Assembly (NCBI GenBank): GCA_018061005.1
Contig: JAGOVA010000005.1
Location: 13,292 to 77,291 of the forward strand
DNA from: Sterolibacterium sp.
GTDB taxonomy: Bacteria; Pseudomonadota; Gammaproteobacteria; Burkholderiales; Rhodocyclaceae
DNA length: 64,000 bases
Direction: 5' to 3'
Within the stretch, counting starts at the first letter, position 1, and every line of letters begins with the position of its first letter. Below, piece by piece: positions 48,685-58,921 of the stretch. The translations under genes were made by a program, and so were the position numbers. The notes under the pieces were generated by a model, which was not told the DNA's origin, ran no database searches, and saw only the letters and a list, made by a program, of their open reading frames with translations.

Positions 48685-49752
48685 ATGAGACTTTCCGTCA
48701 TCCTCCAGCGACTCTGCCTGATCCTGCTGGCCTGTTGGCTGGCCGCCTGCAACCCACGCCCTGCCCCTATCGTCCAGCAGGAATCGTTTGTCTTTGGCAC
48801 GCGCGTCGAGGTGCTGGTGTATGGCGTATCCGCCGAGCGTGGCAACGCAGCCGCTGCCGAGGTGCTCCGCGAATTTGACCGGCTGCATCGTGCCTACCAT
48901 GCCTGGCAGCCCTCTGAACTAACCGCCCTCAACGCGGCGATTGCCCGCGGGCAACCCGCCCACGTCTCCACCGAGCTGGCCGAACTGATCCGCAATGCGC
49001 AAAAAATTGCCGCGCAGGGCGACAACCTTTTCGACCCGGGAATTGGCCACCTCATCGCCCTCTGGGGCTTCCAGAGTGACGAATTCAAGCCGGTTTTGCC
49101 CGACCGCCAAAAACTGGCCGCGTGGCGCGCCAGCCATCCCTCCATCCACAACCTGCACATCAACGGCCAGCAGGTGAGCAGCGACAACCCCCAGGTTGCC
49201 CTGGATTTTGGCGGTTACCTGAAAGGTGTGGCGCTCGATCATGCCGCCGCCCTGCTCAAGGCACGCGGCATACACAATGCCCTCATCAACATCGGCGGCA
49301 ACCTCATGGCACTGGGCAGCAAGGGCGGCACCCCGTGGCGCGTCGGCATCCAGCACCCGCGCGCCACCACGCCACTGGCCTCTCTCGAACTGCATGATGG
49401 CGAAGCCATCGGCACTTCCGGCGACTACCAGCGTTACTTCATGCTGGATGGCCAGCGTTATTGCCACCTGCTCGACCCCCGCACGGCGCAGCCAGTGCAG
49501 GAGACCCAGGCCGTCACGGTGCTCATCCCACCCGCCAAGGATGCGGGCATGCGTTCCGACGCCGCCTCAAAACCCCTCTTCATCGCCGGGACGAACTGGC
49601 TGGCCGAAGCGCGCAAACTGGAGGTCGCCGCTGCATTGCGGATTGATGCCACAGGCCGAGTATTCGTCACGCCTGCCTTGCAGGCGCGCCTGAAAATGGA
49701 AGACGATGCGCCTCAGCTTACCGTTACAATGAGCGTGCAAGCCCCTCGATAG
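48685..49752 (+). CDS. apbE: FAD:protein FMN transferase (ApbE family) lipoprotein
   Basis: From ATG 48685 (lipobox LLACWLAAC). ApbE motifs GYLKGVALD and TSGDYQRYF. Confidence 0.9.
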   Translation: MRLSVILQRLCLILLACWLAACNPRPAPIVQQESFVFGTRVEVLVYGVSAERGNAAAAEVLREFDRLHRAYHAWQPSELTALNAAIARGQPAHVSTELAELIRNAQKIAAQGDNLFDPGIGHLIALWGFQSDEFKPVLPDRQKLAAWRASHPSIHNLHINGQQVSSDNPQVALDFGGYLKGVALDHAAALLKARGIHNALINIGGNLMALGSKGGTPWRVGIQHPRATTPLASLELHDGEAIGTSGDYQRYFMLDGQRYCHLLDPRTAQPVQETQAVTVLIPPAKDAGMRSDAASKPLFIAGTNWLAEARKLEVAAALRIDATGRVFVTPALQARLKMEDDAPQLTVTMSVQAPR

Positions 49753-49816
49753 CCCCCCTCCACCACCCTCCACCCCCCTCAACATTCACTCCCGTCTGCC
49801 TGCAGATAACGACAAA

Positions 49817-50206
49817 ATGATCGGCCTGCTCCTGATAACCCACGGCACCCTAGGTGAATCCCTGCTGCAATGCGCCTGTCACGTCCTCAACCGGCGGCCT
49901 CCGCAGATAGCCCAACTCGGTCTGGCGGCGCAGGATGACCCACTCGACACACTGCCCCTCGCGCGCGAAATGCTGGGGCTGATCGACAAAGGCGAGGGCG
50001 TACTGGTACTGACCGACATTTTTGGCGCGACCCCCGCCAACGTCGCCATGAAACTTCTCGAACCAGGGCGCATCGAAGGCCTCGCCGGTGTGAATCTACC
50101 GATGCTGTTGCGTAGCCTGACCTACCGCGACAAAGGCATGGAAGTCCTGCTGGCCAAAGCCATCGGCGGCGGCCGCGATGGCGTACTCGACATGCGCTCA
50201 CACTGA
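49817..50206 (+). CDS. PTS EIIA component, mannose/fructose type
   Basis: MIGLLLITHGTLGESL contains the phosphorylatable His region. Followed by ptsH and ptsI. Confidence 0.85.
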   Translation: MIGLLLITHGTLGESLLQCACHVLNRRPPQIAQLGLAAQDDPLDTLPLAREMLGLIDKGEGVLVLTDIFGATPANVAMKLLEPGRIEGLAGVNLPMLLRSLTYRDKGMEVLLAKAIGGGRDGVLDMRSH

Positions 50207-50245
50207 AAATAGCCCTCTGACACGCTGACTACCGGACAGAACATC

Positions 50246-50515
50246 ATGCCGCGACTCGAAATCGAAATCATCAACAAACTAGGGCTGCATGCGCGCGCTT
50301 CAGCCAAACTGACGGTGCTGGCAGGCAGCTTTCCCTGCGAGGTCTGGATGGAACGCAACAGCCGCCGCATCAATGCAAAGAGCATCATGGGCGTGATGAT
50401 GCTGGCGGCGGGCAAAGGCTCCAAGGTCTTTGTCGAAACCGAGGGCGAGCGCGCCGATGAAGCCCTGCAAGCCTTGCAGGCGCTGATTGCCGACAAATTC
50501 GGCGAAGGCGAATAA
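50246..50515 (+). CDS. ptsH: phosphocarrier protein HPr
   Basis: 89 aa with the NKLGLHARASAKL His15 region. Confidence 0.9.
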   Translation: MPRLEIEIINKLGLHARASAKLTVLAGSFPCEVWMERNSRRINAKSIMGVMMLAAGKGSKVFVETEGERADEALQALQALIADKFGEGE

Positions 50516-50549
50516 GCCCACTCGCAACCTCAACCACGGAGTACGCATT

Positions 50550-52295
50550 TTGACCTTCGCGCTGCACGGACTGGCTGTTTCATCAGGCATCGCCATCGGC
50601 CATGCCCAGCTGATTTCCCACGCCACCCTGGAAGTCGCCCAGTACCAGATCCGCGAACGCGACATCCCCACCGAACTGGCGCGCTTTGACGAGGCCATCG
50701 ACACCGTGCGGGCTGAGCTGTATCAGCTCAAGGTCGAGGCAGAAGCCTCGCCCGGCGCGGCCGCCGAGCTGTCGGCCTTTGTTGATCTGCAGGCCATGTT
50801 TCTGGATGACCCCCTGCTCGCCGAGATTCCGCGTGGTCTGATCCAGGATCGACGTTGCAACGCCGAATGGGCACTGGTGCAGCAAATGGAACATCTGGTC
50901 GCGCAGTTCGACGAAATGGAAGATGTCTATCTGCGCGAACGCAAGCAGGATATCGTCCAGCTGGTCGAACGTCTGCTCAAGGTGTTGATGGGCAAGCCGC
51001 GCAAGATTGGCAAGCGCAAAGGCCGCGAAGATGATGCCATCATCATCGTGGCACACGATCTGGCTCCGGCTGACACGATCCAGTTCAAACGCCTGAGCAT
51101 CGGTGGCTTCGTCACCGATCTGGGCGGCGCCACCTCGCATACCGCCATTGTTGCGCGCAGCCTGGCGATACCCGCCGTGGTGGGTCTGCATCACGCCCGC
51201 CCACTGGTGCGCGACGACGATCTGCTGATTATCGACGGCGCGCGCGGCATACTGATCGTCAATCCGGACGATCGCGTACTCGAAGAGTACCGGCTGCGAC
51301 AAAGCGCGCTGGAAATCGAGCGTCACAAGCTCAAGCGCCTGCGTACCGCACGCACCGTGACCCTCGACGGCGAAGATGTGCAGCTTTACGCCAACATCGA
51401 ACTGCCGCAGGACATTGAAAAGGTCAAGGAAGCCGGGGCAGCAGGGGTTGGTCTGTTCCGCACCGAATTCCTGTTCATGAACCGCGACGAACTACCCTGC
51501 GAAGACGAGCAGTTTGAAGCCTATCGCAGCGTCGCCAAGGCACTCGGCGGCAAACCCGCCACCATCCGCACGCTCGACATCGGCGCAGACAAGCAGGCAC
51601 GCGCCCTGCACGACAGCAGGAGCCGCACCGAAACCAACCCCGCACTCGGGCGGCGTGCCATTCGTTACTGCCTCTCCGAGCCGCAGATTTTTCTGGCGCA
51701 GCTACGCGCCATTCTGCGCGCCTCGCACTACGGCAAGCTGTACATCATGATCCCGATGCTGGTGCACGCGCACGAAATCGAGCAGACACTCATGATGATC
51801 GCCCAGGCCCAGCAACAACTGCGCGATGCCCGCATCAAGTTTGACGACACCGTCAAAATCGGCGGCATGGTCGAAATCCCCGCCGCCGCCATGGCGCTGG
51901 GGCCTTTTCTCAAACGACTCGACTTTCTTTCGATCGGCACCAACGACCTGATTCAATACATGCTGGCCATCGACCGCAGCGATGAAGCGGTTGCTCACTT
52001 ATACGATCCGCTGCATCCCGCCGTACTGCGCCTGATCGCCCAGATCATCGAGCGTGGCGAGCGGGCGGGCTTGCCTGTGGCAATGTGCGGTGAAATGGCC
52101 GGTGACATCACCATGACACGCCTACTGCTGGGCATGGGGCTGCGGAAGTTCTCGCTCCACCCGGCACAACTGCTGGAAATCAAGCGGCAAGTCCTGAAAA
52201 GCGACACCGCCCACCTGCAGACGGCCGTCAGCCGCATCCTGCGCCTCGACGACAGCGAAAAAATCCGCGAACAGCTCGCCAGAATCAATCTCTGA
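50550..52295 (+). CDS. ptsI: phosphoenolpyruvate-protein phosphotransferase (Enzyme I)
   Basis: Enzyme I layout (GGATSHTAIVARS). I prefer TTG 50550 with GGAG 9 nt upstream. The ORF-track start 50487 overlaps ptsH. Confidence 0.9.
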   Translation: MTFALHGLAVSSGIAIGHAQLISHATLEVAQYQIRERDIPTELARFDEAIDTVRAELYQLKVEAEASPGAAAELSAFVDLQAMFLDDPLLAEIPRGLIQDRRCNAEWALVQQMEHLVAQFDEMEDVYLRERKQDIVQLVERLLKVLMGKPRKIGKRKGREDDAIIIVAHDLAPADTIQFKRLSIGGFVTDLGGATSHTAIVARSLAIPAVVGLHHARPLVRDDDLLIIDGARGILIVNPDDRVLEEYRLRQSALEIERHKLKRLRTARTVTLDGEDVQLYANIELPQDIEKVKEAGAAGVGLFRTEFLFMNRDELPCEDEQFEAYRSVAKALGGKPATIRTLDIGADKQARALHDSRSRTETNPALGRRAIRYCLSEPQIFLAQLRAILRASHYGKLYIMIPMLVHAHEIEQTLMMIAQAQQQLRDARIKFDDTVKIGGMVEIPAAAMALGPFLKRLDFLSIGTNDLIQYMLAIDRSDEAVAHLYDPLHPAVLRLIAQIIERGERAGLPVAMCGEMAGDITMTRLLLGMGLRKFSLHPAQLLEIKRQVLKSDTAHLQTAVSRILRLDDSEKIREQLARINL

Positions 52296-52426
52296 GCTGC
52301 TTCAGGCCACTCCAGGCCAGAATTCCTGCGTCGCGTGGCTATAACTTTGTATATGTGACTTTTTACGTTGTCATTTATGCTGCCTTCACATATGCTGTAA
52401 ATGTTCCCCTACGCATGACCTGACCC

Positions 52427-54544
52427 ATGTCCACAACCATCGTCCCTGGATCGTTGATTGCAGCGATGATTTTTTCAGCCGGCTTTGCAGGCTTCGGCCT
52501 GCTGGTCTGCTTGGTTGTGGCTCGACTGGGCACCCCCATCAGGGGCATCTGGTGGCTGGCGGGCATGTGTGCTGCAGGGATGGCTTACCAACTGATCATT
52601 GCCGCAGTCCACACCGCCCCCAATGCCGCAGCGGTTTTTGAAATCAAACCTTGGCAGCACCTGTGTTCGTTGATCCAGGTGTACACCATGGCCGGTTTTC
52701 TCGCCGTTTATATGCAACTTCGATACGCACGAACGTTGCTTAAAATCGTCGGTCTGCCTGTCGGCGTTCTGGTTCTCCTGATCTTTATCTGGTCTCCTAC
52801 CGCGCAATTCCAGGAGACTTACTCCCTCCAGGTCATGCACTTCCCCTGGGGAGAGCAGCTGTCAATACTGCACGGCAAACTAGGGACAGCCGCGCTGATC
52901 GGTCGCCTGCTTTTCCTGAGTTTCTTCATCTGGGCATTAGCGCATGTCTTCACGCAGCGCGCCCATGATGAACGCACCGGGGCAAACATTATCACGGTCG
53001 GTCTGCTATCCCTGATCGTTTCCCTTGTCATCGGATACCTGGTTGATAGCGGAGTGATCGACTTCATCCACACCGCAGGATTCGGCTACATCATCTTCGC
53101 CACATTGGCTCTGTACAGCGTCATTCAGGAGCTAGAAGATCGTCAGACCAAGCTGACCCACACGGCCACCGCGCTCACGCGCGAAATGGACGAACACCGG
53201 CAGGCGCGGCAAACCGTCGAGCATCTGTCGTTCAACGACCGGCTCACCGACCTGCCCAGCCGCACCGGGCTGTTCCGCCTGATCGACAAAGCGATTGCCA
53301 CGGGAAAACAACAAAACAGCCGTTTTGCCGTACTGCATGTGGATATCGACCGTTTTGACGTTATCAACGACACCCTGGGGCCGCATGTCGGCGACCAGCT
53401 CTTGCGGCATGTCTCGGTGCGTCTGCGCAACCTGCTGCAGGGGCGCGACTTCGTGGCGCGCATCAATGCCGATGAATTTGTCTGTGTGGTAAGCGACCCG
53501 GCCGCCGCAGTGCAGGCCGGCCGCACCGCTGTCAGCATCCACGAGCTGCTGCGTAGCCCGTTTGAAATCGACAACCATGTCCTGCACATCACGGCCAGCA
53601 TCGGCGTGGCGATGTATCCCGACGACGCGGACAGCGTCGACACGCTGATGACCGCCGTCGATCTGGCCACCCGCGAAGCCAAGCGGCTGGGGCGCGACCG
53701 CACCGAAATCTTCCACCACGAGCTGAACACCGCCATCCAGGAACGTATGCATCTGGGCAATGCCTTACGCGTAGCACTGGCCGAGCAGCAATTTGAGCTG
53801 TATTTCCAGCCGCAGATCGACGCACGCAGCGGCCAGATTGCCGGGCTGGAGGCACTAATCCGCTGGCATCACCCGACCAGAGGCATGGTGCCACCCGACC
53901 GTTTCATCCCGCTGGCCGAAGAAATGCGCCTGATCGATGCGATTGGCACCTGGGTGATCCACGAAACCTGCCGCATTCTTGCCGACTGGCGCAGAAACGG
54001 CATCCACGGCATGCGCGTGGCCGTCAATCTTTCGGCCCAGCAATTACGCCAGAACAACCTCGCGGACATCGTCCGTGCCGCGCTGGAGCGTCACGGGCTG
54101 ACGGGGGATGATCTGGAAATGGAAGTCACCGAATCCATGATCATGGAAGACCCCGACCTGTGCATCGCCCAGCTGCAGCGCCTCAAAACCCTGGGAATCA
54201 AGCTGGCCATGGATGATTTCGGCACGGGCTATTCGTCGCTCGCTTATCTGAAACGCCTGCCCATCGACACCCTCAAGATCGACCGCTCCTTCGTGCGCGA
54301 CCTTGAAACCGATCTCAACGACAAGGCCATTTGCGCGACTACCATCAGCATGGCCAACTCACTGGGGCTCGATACAGTCGCCGAAGGCGTCGAAACCAAC
54401 GATCAGGCGCGTATGCTGCGCGAACTCCATTGCGACCGCTTCCAGGGTTTTTTCTACGCCCGCCCGATGCCTGCCGCAGCGGCTGCCGATTTCATACGCC
54501 AGCATGTGCGCGATAATGCGCCGACCACCTCGACCTCGAGCTGA
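52427..54544 (+). CDS. membrane-anchored GGDEF-EAL protein, degenerate GGDEF (NADEF), intact EAL
   Basis: Polytopic N-terminus of about 240 aa and a coiled linker. The GGDEF domain carries ARINADEF. The EAL domain has EALIRW, DDFGTGYSSL and EGVE. Confidence 0.9.
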   Translation: MSTTIVPGSLIAAMIFSAGFAGFGLLVCLVVARLGTPIRGIWWLAGMCAAGMAYQLIIAAVHTAPNAAAVFEIKPWQHLCSLIQVYTMAGFLAVYMQLRYARTLLKIVGLPVGVLVLLIFIWSPTAQFQETYSLQVMHFPWGEQLSILHGKLGTAALIGRLLFLSFFIWALAHVFTQRAHDERTGANIITVGLLSLIVSLVIGYLVDSGVIDFIHTAGFGYIIFATLALYSVIQELEDRQTKLTHTATALTREMDEHRQARQTVEHLSFNDRLTDLPSRTGLFRLIDKAIATGKQQNSRFAVLHVDIDRFDVINDTLGPHVGDQLLRHVSVRLRNLLQGRDFVARINADEFVCVVSDPAAAVQAGRTAVSIHELLRSPFEIDNHVLHITASIGVAMYPDDADSVDTLMTAVDLATREAKRLGRDRTEIFHHELNTAIQERMHLGNALRVALAEQQFELYFQPQIDARSGQIAGLEALIRWHHPTRGMVPPDRFIPLAEEMRLIDAIGTWVIHETCRILADWRRNGIHGMRVAVNLSAQQLRQNNLADIVRAALERHGLTGDDLEMEVTESMIMEDPDLCIAQLQRLKTLGIKLAMDDFGTGYSSLAYLKRLPIDTLKIDRSFVRDLETDLNDKAICATTISMANSLGLDTVAEGVETNDQARMLRELHCDRFQGFFYARPMPAAAAADFIRQHVRDNAPTTSTSS

Positions 54545-54585
54545 TCGCATCACCCGCAAACCTCCAGCACATACCAAAATCCATC

Positions 54586-55707
54586 ATGCAACGTGTCGCC
54601 ATTTCAGGCACCGGCCTTTATGTTCCGGAACAGGTCATCAGCAACGAAGAGCTCGTGACCGCCTTCAACCAGTACGTCGCCCAGGAAAACCAGCGCAATG
54701 CCGTCGCCATCGCGCAGGGCGAGCAGGCCGCGCTGCAAGAATCCAGCGTCGAATTCATTCTCAAAGCCTCCGGCATCCAGCGGCGACATGTACTTGAGAA
54801 AAGCGGCATCCTCGACCCACAACGGCTGCGCCCACGATTTGCCGAACGGCCTGATGAAGCACTTTCATTGATGGCCGAAATCGGTGTGGCCGCCGCCAAA
54901 GATGCGCTGGCTCAAGCCGGGCGCAGCGCAGCCGACATTGATACAGTGATTTGTGCCGCCGCGAACATGCAGCGCGCCTACCCGGCGATCGCCATCGAAA
55001 TCCAGAACGCGCTGGGCATCGAGGGCTACGGTTTCGACATGAACGTGGCCTGCTCCTCCGCCACCTTCGGCATCGCGCAGGCGGTCAACGCCATCCGCTG
55101 CGGCAGCGCGCGCGCGGTGCTGGTGATCAACCCGGAAATCACCTCGGCACATCATTGCTGGAGCGACCGCGACTGCCATTTCATTTTTGGCGACATCTGC
55201 ACCGCCATCGTGCTGGAGCGGGCGGACACCGCGCCGCCGGGCAGCTGGGAAGTGCTGGGAACGAAGCTCGCCACGCGGTTTTCCAACCACATCCGCAACA
55301 ATGCCGGTTTCATCAATCGCAGTGAAGATGCCGACCCGCTGGCGCGCGACAAGCTGTTCATGCAGGAAGGCCGCAAGGTGTTCAAGGAAGTCTGCCCGAT
55401 GGCCGCCGAGCATATCGCCACCCATCTTGATGCACTGGACATCAGTGCCAGCCAGGACGTACGGCGTTACTGGCTGCATCAGGCAAATCTGGCGATGAAC
55501 CAGCTGATTGCCCGCAAACTGCTCGACCGTGATGCGACCGCCGATGAAGCACCGGTCATTCTCGACGAATATGCCAACACCGCATCCGCCGGTTCCATCA
55601 TTGCTTTCCATCAGCATCGCGCCGACCTGAAGCCCGCTGATGTCGGGGTGATTTGCTCGTTTGGCGCAGGTTATTCGATCGGCAGCGTGGTGCTCAGGAA
55701 ACAGTAA
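54586..55707 (+). CDS. beta-ketoacyl-ACP synthase III family (FabH-like) condensing enzyme
   Basis: 373 aa with active-site Cys context FDMNVACSS, a later HQAN and ANTASAGS. Confidence 0.85.
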   Translation: MQRVAISGTGLYVPEQVISNEELVTAFNQYVAQENQRNAVAIAQGEQAALQESSVEFILKASGIQRRHVLEKSGILDPQRLRPRFAERPDEALSLMAEIGVAAAKDALAQAGRSAADIDTVICAAANMQRAYPAIAIEIQNALGIEGYGFDMNVACSSATFGIAQAVNAIRCGSARAVLVINPEITSAHHCWSDRDCHFIFGDICTAIVLERADTAPPGSWEVLGTKLATRFSNHIRNNAGFINRSEDADPLARDKLFMQEGRKVFKEVCPMAAEHIATHLDALDISASQDVRRYWLHQANLAMNQLIARKLLDRDATADEAPVILDEYANTASAGSIIAFHQHRADLKPADVGVICSFGAGYSIGSVVLRKQ

Positions 55708-56977
55708 CCGGCGGCGGGGCGGCATTCCAGGGAGCAACCCGGAACAACAGCAACATGCCCGGCACGGCGAGTGCGGCACACAGCAAAAAGAAATTCACCC
55801 AGCCCAGTTGCTCAATCAGCCAGCCTGCGCCCGCATTGATGAAACTGCGCGGCACCGCAGCCAAGCTGGTAAACAGGGCAAACTGCGTGGCCGTATACAT
55901 CGGATGGGTGGTGCGGGCAATGAAGGCCACAAACGCCGCCGTACCCAGCCCCACCCCCAGCGCTTCCAGGCCGATCACACTGGCCAGTGCCAGCAGATCG
56001 CCTGAGCCGACGTCGGCTCGATGCCCCAGTGCGGCCAGCCAGACAAAACCGAAAATCGACAGCAACTGCACCGCACCAAACAGCCACAGCGCGCGATTGA
56101 TCCCCAGCCGCACCATCCACAACCCACCCGCCAGCGCGCCGATGACCGCCGGCCACAAACCCGCGTGTTTGGCGACCAGGCCAATGTGGGTCTTGGTATA
56201 GCCCATGCTCAGATAGAACGGAGTGGCCAGCGCGGTGCACAAACTGTCGCCCAGTTTGTAAAGAAAGATGAAGGCGAGGATCGCCAGTGCCTCGCGCCAG
56301 CCCGCACGCCCCATGAATTCACGGAAAGGCTCCACCACCGCCGCCCGCAGGCTGCCGGGCAGGGCGGCGGCGGCCAGCGGCGGTTCGCGCACCAGCAGGC
56401 TCATCAACAGCCCCGGCAACATGAACAGTGCGGTGATGACAAACACCTGCGACCAGGGCAGGTGATCCGCCAGAATCAGCGACAACGACCCCGGGATCAG
56501 CCCGGCGATGCGGTAGGCATTGACATGCACCGAGTTGCCCAGCCCCAGTTCGGCATCCGAGAGAATCTCACGCCGGAAGGCGTCGATGGCAATGTCCTGC
56601 GTGGCCGACAGCACCGTGAGCAGCACGGCAAGCAGGATGATCTGTGTCAGATCCATGCGGGGCGAAAACAGGCCAAAAGCGGCGATCACCGCCAGCAGCC
56701 CCCCCTGGGTCAGCAGCATCCAGCCCCGCCGCCGCCCCAATCTCAACCCGGGCAGGCTGTAACGATCCAGCAGCGGCGACCAGAGAAACTTCCAGGTGTA
56801 GGGAAGCTGGATCAGCGTCATCGCGCCGATGTCGCGCAGACTGACACCATCGGTAAACAGCCAGGCCGGAATCAGGTTGAGCAACAGATACAACGGCAGG
56901 CCGGACGTAAAGCCGGTGGCCACACAGATCAGCATGCGCCGCGTAAACAGGGCTGCGATGCTTGCGGGCAGACGCAC
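55694..56977 (-). CDS. ampG: AmpG-family muropeptide MFS permease
   Basis: GFTSGLPLYLLLNLIPAWL and TWKFLWSPLLDRY motifs. Start is approximate (GTG 56977 or TTG 56983). The ORF-track start overlaps metW. Confidence 0.85.
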   Translation of the reverse strand: MRLPASIAALFTRRMLICVATGFTSGLPLYLLLNLIPAWLFTDGVSLRDIGAMTLIQLPYTWKFLWSPLLDRYSLPGLRLGRRRGWMLLTQGGLLAVIAAFGLFSPRMDLTQIILLAVLLTVLSATQDIAIDAFRREILSDAELGLGNSVHVNAYRIAGLIPGSLSLILADHLPWSQVFVITALFMLPGLLMSLLVREPPLAAAALPGSLRAAVVEPFREFMGRAGWREALAILAFIFLYKLGDSLCTALATPFYLSMGYTKTHIGLVAKHAGLWPAVIGALAGGLWMVRLGINRALWLFGAVQLLSIFGFVWLAALGHRADVGSGDLLALASVIGLEALGVGLGTAAFVAFIARTTHPMYTATQFALFTSLAAVPRSFINAGAGWLIEQLGWVNFFLLCAALAVPGMLLLFRVAPWNAAPPPVTVS

Positions 56978-56979
56978 CT

Positions 56980-57579
56980 TCAAGAACCTTTGGCGAGACG
57001 ATACACCGCCAGACTGCCGAGAAAATCGTGCTCTTCCGTCACACAACGTCCCTGCTCGTCGAGCACCTGACGATCACGCACCACCAGATGCAGGTGCTGA
57101 CACAAGTCTTCGAAATCGAGCATGGTAAAAAAGCGCATGTTGGGCGTGTCGTACCATTGATAAGGCAGGTCTTCAGAGACCGGCATGCGCCCGCCCATGA
57201 CCGCCATGCGGTTCTTCCAGTAACCGAAATTCGGAAACGACACCACCGCTTCGCGCCCGACCCGCAGCATGTCCTGCAGGATGCCCTGGGTGTGCCGCAC
57301 GGTTTGCAAGGTGCGCGACAGCACCACATGGTCGAACGCATCATCGACAAAGCCGGCCAGCCCCGTTTCGAGGTCGCTTTGCAGCACGTTGATGCCGTTG
57401 CGGATGGCCGCCAGTACATTGGCATCCTCGATCTCGACCCCGTAACCACGCGCACCCCGTTCGTCGATCAACCGTCGCAGCAAAGTGCCATCGCCACAGC
57501 CCAGATCGAGCACCCGCTGGCCAGGCTGCACCCAGCCTGCGATGACATCAAAATCAGCACGACCGGACAATGGCTTCAT
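56980..57579 (-). CDS. metW: methionine biosynthesis protein MetW
   Basis: 199 aa with [11 protein letters not shown]. Overlaps the metX stop by 4 nt. Confidence 0.9.
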   Translation of the reverse strand: MKPLSGRADFDVIAGWVQPGQRVLDLGCGDGTLLRRLIDERGARGYGVEIEDANVLAAIRNGINVLQSDLETGLAGFVDDAFDHVVLSRTLQTVRHTQGILQDMLRVGREAVVSFPNFGYWKNRMAVMGGRMPVSEDLPYQWYDTPNMRFFTMLDFEDLCQHLHLVVRDRQVLDEQGRCVTEEHDFLGSLAVYRLAKGS

Positions 57580-58706
57580 AGCTTGATCCGCTTCAGGTAG
57601 GCATCGATGACCGCATGGTAATGGGCATCTTCCATAAGGAAGGAGTCATGCCCCCAGCGCAGGCCGAGTTCGGCGTAAGACACATCGCGCTGATTGGCCA
57701 GCAGGGCGGCGACGATTTCCTTCGAGCGCGACGGGCTGAAACGCCAGTCGGTGAGGAATGAAATCACCAGAAAACTCGCCTTCGTACGCGCCAGCGTGGC
57801 GTTGAGATCGCCCTCGTTCTCGCGTGCCGGATCGAAATAATCCAGCGCCTTGGTCATCAGCAGATAGGTGTTGGCATCAAAATGACTGGCGAACTTGTCG
57901 CCCTGGTAGCGCAGATATGACTCGATTTCAAACTCGACACCATAGCCGTAGCGCAAGCCATCCGGACGCAGTTCGCGGCCAAATTTCTCGCCCATCTGGT
58001 CGTCTGAGAGATAGGTGATGTGACCGATCATGCGCGCCAGACGCAAACCGCGCACCGGCTTGACCCCATGGGCATAGTAATGACCCCCATGAAAATCCGG
58101 GTCGGTCAGGATCGCCTGCCGCGCCACATCGTTGAACGCAATGTTCTGCGCCGACAGACGCGGTGCTGCTGCAATGACAACAGAATGACGCACCCGTTCC
58201 GGAAAACTGATGCTCCAGCGCAGCGCCTGCATACCCCCCAGACTGCCGCCAACCACCGCCGCCCAGCTGTCGATGCCCAGCCGGTCGGCCAGCCGCGCCT
58301 GCGCCTGCACCCAGTCATTGACCGCCATCAGCGGAAAATCCGCGCCCCAGGGCTGCCCCGTGGCCGGGTTGATACTGGAAGGCCCGGTCGAACCATGGCA
58401 GCCGCCCAGGTTATTCACGCCGACGATAAAGAACCGGTCCGTATCGAGCGGCCTGCCCGGCCCCACGATGTTGTCCCACCAGCCGACATTCTCCGGATCA
58501 TCCGCATAATGCCCCGCCACATGATGATGACCAGAGAGTGCGTGGCAGACGAGAATCGCATTGGATTTCGCCGCATTCAGCGTGCCATAGGTTTCATACA
58601 TCAGGTCGTAAGCCGGCAGCACCGCGCCACACCGCAAGGCGAGCGGCGTGGTGAAATGGGCGCAGCGGGCTTCAACGAGGCCGATCTGTGGAGATGAAGA
58701 GTTCAC
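57576..58706 (-). CDS. metX: homoserine O-acyltransferase MetX
   Basis: 376 aa with the [10 protein letters not shown] nucleophile elbow. The start codon read from the sequence is GTG (cac at 58704-58706). Confidence 0.95.
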   Translation of the reverse strand: MNSSSPQIGLVEARCAHFTTPLALRCGAVLPAYDLMYETYGTLNAAKSNAILVCHALSGHHHVAGHYADDPENVGWWDNIVGPGRPLDTDRFFIVGVNNLGGCHGSTGPSSINPATGQPWGADFPLMAVNDWVQAQARLADRLGIDSWAAVVGGSLGGMQALRWSISFPERVRHSVVIAAAPRLSAQNIAFNDVARQAILTDPDFHGGHYYAHGVKPVRGLRLARMIGHITYLSDDQMGEKFGRELRPDGLRYGYGVEFEIESYLRYQGDKFASHFDANTYLLMTKALDYFDPARENEGDLNATLARTKASFLVISFLTDWRFSPSRSKEIVAALLANQRDVSYAELGLRWGHDSFLMEDAHYHAVIDAYLKRIKL

Positions 58707-58721
58707 GCGTATATAAAAACA

Positions 58722-58759
58722 GAAATATAAAACCCGATCGGCCAGATGCGGATCGGGTG
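58722..58759 (-). terminator. intrinsic-terminator-like hairpin inside the metX leader (candidate attenuator)
   Basis: On the minus strand, acccgatc-(11 nt)-gatcgggt is followed by ttttatatttctgttttta. The T-rich tract ends about 10 nt before the metX GTG. Confidence 0.5.
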
Positions 58760-58834
58760 GCGCAGTGCAGTTCTCTTGAACGCATGCTTTTATTCCCTCT
58801 TCGCTTTAGCCGGATTTATAAAGCGCCCGCAAGC

Positions 58835-58854
58835 TGAATCATTCATCATGAATC
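58835..58854. promoter_or_regulatory. operator-like array of alternating TGAA/TTCA half-sites upstream of metX
   Basis: tgaatcattcatcatgaatc contains the 13-bp perfect palindrome attcat-c-atgaat (58841-58853), flanked by a further TGAA. Confidence 0.4.
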
Positions 58855-58921
58855 GACCCGTTTTATCGGGCAGAATCAAATCGGCGCAAGGGCGGAAAGC
58901 TACTCTTTGGTCGCATAAATG

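Noticed and set aside
56021-57070. 349-aa plus-strand ORF
   Set aside because: It is antisense to ampG and metW, with extreme Gln/Arg/Pro/His bias.
58672-58785. 37-codon upstream ORF with a good Shine-Dalgarno in the metX leader, considered as an attenuation leader peptide
   Set aside because: It has no internal Met codons, so it is unlikely to act as a methionine-sensing leader, and the peptide is not recognisable. I kept it as an observation inside the leader finding rather than annotating it as a gene.
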